A stretch of DNA of 64,000 nt, taken from NCBI GenBank assembly GCA_965153285.1, contig OZ229110.1. One strand, given 5' to 3'. The stretch's first letter is position 1. Every line of letters starts with the position of its first letter. Positions 60,776 to 64,000 of this stretch are shown one piece after another. The position numbers and the translations under genes were made by a program. The notes under the pieces were generated by a model that did no database searches, was not told the DNA's origin, and saw only the letters and a list, made by a program, of their open reading frames with translations. The stretch comes from Podarcis tiliguerta. Lineage: Eukaryota.

Positions 60776-60845
60776 AGGCTCTTAGTAGATTTTCCTTGCT
60801 CACAAGAAGGCCTTTGGTTATTTGAAGTGTTTCTCCCAGGCTCCC

Positions 60846-61258
60846 CATAGAATCATAGCATTGGAAGGGGCCCCCTTCCAGGAATCTCAACTAAAGCATC
60901 CATGGCAAATGGCCATCCAATCTCTGCTTAAAAAACTCCAAGAGACAAGAGTTCCACCACCTCTCATGCGAGTCTGTTCCACCGTCAAACAGCTCTTAAC
61001 TGTCAGAAAGATCTTCCTGATGTTTAGTTAGAATCTCCTTTCTTGTAATTTGAATTCATCGGTTCGAGTCCTACCCTCCAGAGCAGGAGAAGACAAGCTT
61101 GCTCCATCCCATGTGACAGCCCTTGAGATACCTGAAGATGGCTATCATATCTCCTTTCAGTCTCCTCCTCAGTCTCCAGGCTAAACATACCCAGCTCCCT
61201 CAACCACACCTCATAAGGCTTGGTTTCCAGACCCTTGAGCGTCTTGGTTGCCCTCTTG
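60846..61258 (-). mobile_element. CR1 LINE 3' fragment
   Basis: KRATKTLKGLETKPYEVWLRELGMFSLE; ATGATTCTATG tail. Confidence 0.8.
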
Positions 61259-62450
61259 AGATTGCCCATGTGAGATCTGCATGGCCATGTTCAAGTTTTT
61301 ATTTCACACACAGTTTAAAAAACAATGTAAAGACTGTGAACATCACTAAATCTGACAGAAGCAATCCATAAACTACACCCACCATGTTGACGCATAAAAG
61401 GGCTGATATTGGAATCTTTCCTTCTGCCTGCTAACCAGCTGTTTTGAAGAACGCTGTCACTGATTTCATTTGCTACAGCTGCAGCTTATTCAGATGCAAA
61501 TTTCCATTTGGGCCAGTGCAATCACTTTTGTTTAAAAGATAAATTATAGCCTGCATACAAAGAAGTGATTTTCAGTCATTAAAAGCTAAGCTCTGGCAGC
61601 CAAACTAAAAATGGTCATTTCTCAATATAAAATTTAATGTTTTGATCTCCCTCTTGGGGGCCTATAATCAGGCTGTGTTTATTCTGCAATTGCAGTAGTG
61701 CAAAATTGGGTACAGAGTGCATAATTCAGCATACTGTACTTGGAATACTGGTTTATTAAAAAGGTCCCTCGGCCTATGAATATAGTGTGCAGCAAAGTCC
61801 AAACCCTCCAAGTGTCCCTATTTTCCAGGGATGTCTCTAATTTAGAGAAGCTGTCTTGGTTTTGGATTTGATCCGGGAGTGTCCCGCTTTTCCTTAGGAT
61901 GTCCCTATTTTCACTGGAGAAATGTTGGAGGGTATGGGGCTATCCGACCCCCAAGCCAGCTGAAGGAAATCCTGTATAGTGAAGTTTTTTAAAAAATGTT
62001 TTCTTATGTTTTTATATATGCTGAAAGCTGCCCAGAGTGCTGGGGCAACCCAATAAGATGCGTGGAGTATAAATAGTAGAATAATTATTATTACAGAATG
62101 GGACGTCCCTATTTTCATCAAAGAAACGTTGGAAGTTATGAAAGTCTGATGAAACTGCAGAAGCCAGATCAGTATTTATCCACCACCAGTTATTAGCTTT
62201 GGACGTAAAAAGGGGTGTGAGACAGAAACTTTCTGTAAAGTGTAGAAGCTCCCTGTATGATCTCTGTTGGTTTTAGCACGCCAGAATGTGTGGAGTAACA
62301 ACAAACCAGGTTTTACTTATGGTTCAGATTCACCACAGGCTAGAGCTGTTTAGGCAGCTGAGTAAGACTCTGGGAGCCCTTTGGTGCAATAAAGAACTTT
62401 AGCTCTTGTTGTCTCTTGGAATATAGTTACATAAAGGGTTTGGGCAAATA

Positions 62451-62558
62451 CATAGAATCATAGAGTTGGAAGGGACCATGAGGGTTATCTCGTCCAACCC
62501 CCTGCAAACCAGGAATCTTTTGCCCAACGTGGGGCTCGAACCCACAATCCTGAGATTG
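62451..62558 (-). mobile_element. tRNA-Lys-derived SINE with a CR1 tail (Squam2-like), 5'-truncated
   Basis: Minus strand AATCTCAGGATTGTGGGTTCGAGCCCCACGTTGGGC (3' half of tRNA-Lys-CTT) fused to a CR1 3' end. Confidence 0.7.
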
Positions 62559-63002
62559 AAAAACTTATGCACTGGGGTGGTTGCCCCAGATGCAAAATTG
62601 TTAGGGGTGCAAAATTTCAACATCTGTTGCCTCAGTACAGCTGCCTGCTTTACTGCGGGCTCCTTTACTCCTTTACTGCTTTGCCTGCGGGCTCCTTTGA
62701 AAAAAGGCTTCTCCATGTGAACCAGGAAGTGACCTCTCCAGACAACGGAACAACTCTTCTTTTCTTATCTCTGCGGCTGCGGCCTCCTGGGTGACGTGGA
62801 TGCTGTTAGGCAGCTGCATGAACATGCATACTCCATCCGTTTCCTTCTCTCCAAGCGGCCCCTGTTTGGTATGACCCAGCAAGGCTCTCCTTATTTTTTG
62901 AAGCCTGGGTGGAATTACACACATAAAAAACACTGTGAAAAGGGTTAAAAAAATAAAAACGTTTTGAAAAATACATTGAATTTAGCATAGCTCACTGTCG
63001 AC

Positions 63003-63086
63003 TGGAAGACAGGAGTGCCTGGCGTGCTCTGGTCCATGGGGTCACGAAGAGTCGGACACGACTGAACGACTAAACAACAACAACAA
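63003..63086 (+). mobile_element. 84-bp BovB 3' tip with TSD
   Basis: BovB terminal sequence plus (CAA)n; 10-bp TSD CACTGTCGAC. Confidence 0.9.
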
Positions 63087-63946
63087 CACTGTCGACACCT
63101 AGTGTCACATTTGTATATTGCACTTTGCAACACATTTAAAACATTTTACTTGCATCTGTATAGCTGAGTCCCTATTCTCAAGGGAAAAGTGGGATCAGTT
63201 TTTTAGGTTAGAGAAAGGAAGGGCAGCAAAATTGTAGCTCTGGGAGTGGGGGCAGAGATCCTGAAGACCTCCATATCTGTTGGACTCTGAACCCTCGTCA
63301 CTCCTGACCATTGGCTATCTTGGCCAGCTGGGGCTGATGGGAGCTGGGGTTCAACATCGGGAGGACCATAAATTCCCACCGCTGCTGTAACCAAGAGGAC
63401 TTTCCTGTCACAAGAATTCAAGTGGAAACTGTCTGAAATCAGAGGGAACATGTGAACTGAGATAAGAGTTTGTTCACGGAAAATAATGTTCTCATTTGTC
63501 AATGTGATTCTCCAATTTTGTCTTGTTGATAGTCCAAGATTTTACTGTCAGAACAATTTCCCGAGGGAGCTGTTTTCCTAGGACACTTGGAATTCCATGC
63601 AGCATTTATCTGGATTGCAACCCAATCCTATATGTTGGGTATCCATAATGCCCGGCCTAGCAGCAGTGCAACACAGAAACAAACTAAAGTTATCTCAGCT
63701 GCAAAGTCAACAGCACGACCGGAGAGGCAAAAATAAAAATGAAACACTACTTCTCCAGCTACTCGCCAGCTCCAAGTGAAACATTCTGTACTAATGGGCA
63801 TCCATCACAACAGGCAGCCACCATCGGAGCCCAATGGCTGGGAGGAGACCCACACAGAGAAAACAGAGGTCACCGTGGTGCAAAAGAAGTTTCTAGAGTC
63901 CCACTGATCGAGCACAAACACTGTGCAAATCCTTGCACACAGAATA

Positions 63947-64000
63947 CAGTGGTACCTCGGGATATGAACAGGATCTGTTCTGGATCCCCGTTTGCATCCT
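63947..64000. mobile_element. Left end of a Tigger-like MITE (runs off the window)
   Basis: TA-CAGTGGTACCTCGGG TIR. Confidence 0.65.

Noticed and set aside
62521-62558. tRNA-Lys gene
   Set aside because: Only the 3' half is present and it is fused to a CR1 tail, i.e. a SINE.
1-64000. CRISPR arrays, operons or other prokaryote-type systems
   Set aside because: The sequence is vertebrate, with spliced genes; no regularly spaced repeat-spacer array was seen.

Overview
Vertebrate (squamate) genomic DNA, most likely a lacertid lizard given the Sauria SINE and BovB content; one 200-N gap lies at 32992-33191. Four protein-coding loci can be read directly. (1) RPUSD2 exon 1 (minus). (2) A complete PCMT1-paralogous L-isoaspartyl methyltransferase gene (PCMT-like, minus; 8 coding exons plus a putative non-coding exon 1), with coding exon sizes matching my recollection of PCMT1. 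(3) CCDC32 (plus; 3 coding exons, 180 aa), sharing a bidirectional CpG promoter with the PCMT-like gene. (4) A single-coding-exon prolactin-releasing-peptide receptor of the PRLH2R/C-RFa type (plus, 373 aa). The rest is repeat-rich: BovB, another RTE LINE, CR1, L2, Sauria and Squam-type SINEs, hAT and Tc1/pogo MITEs, LTR remnants and Penelope fragments. The leading candidate for an undescribed system is the PCMT-like protein: it has an in-frame 19-aa signal-peptide-like extension, an overlapping micro-uORF and a spliced xxEL C-terminus, suggesting a secretory-pathway isoaspartate repair enzyme. Other notable items are a hAT MITE that has captured a CR1 ORF1 esterase fragment, a TSD-flanked retrocopy of the 5' half of tRNA-His including the G-1, a 300-bp patch apparently copied between two RTE elements 43 kb apart, an intact Penelope mini-hammerhead ribozyme and a wide-spacer REST site. 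Everything was read by eye; no searches or predictors were run, and comparisons with human sequences are from memory.
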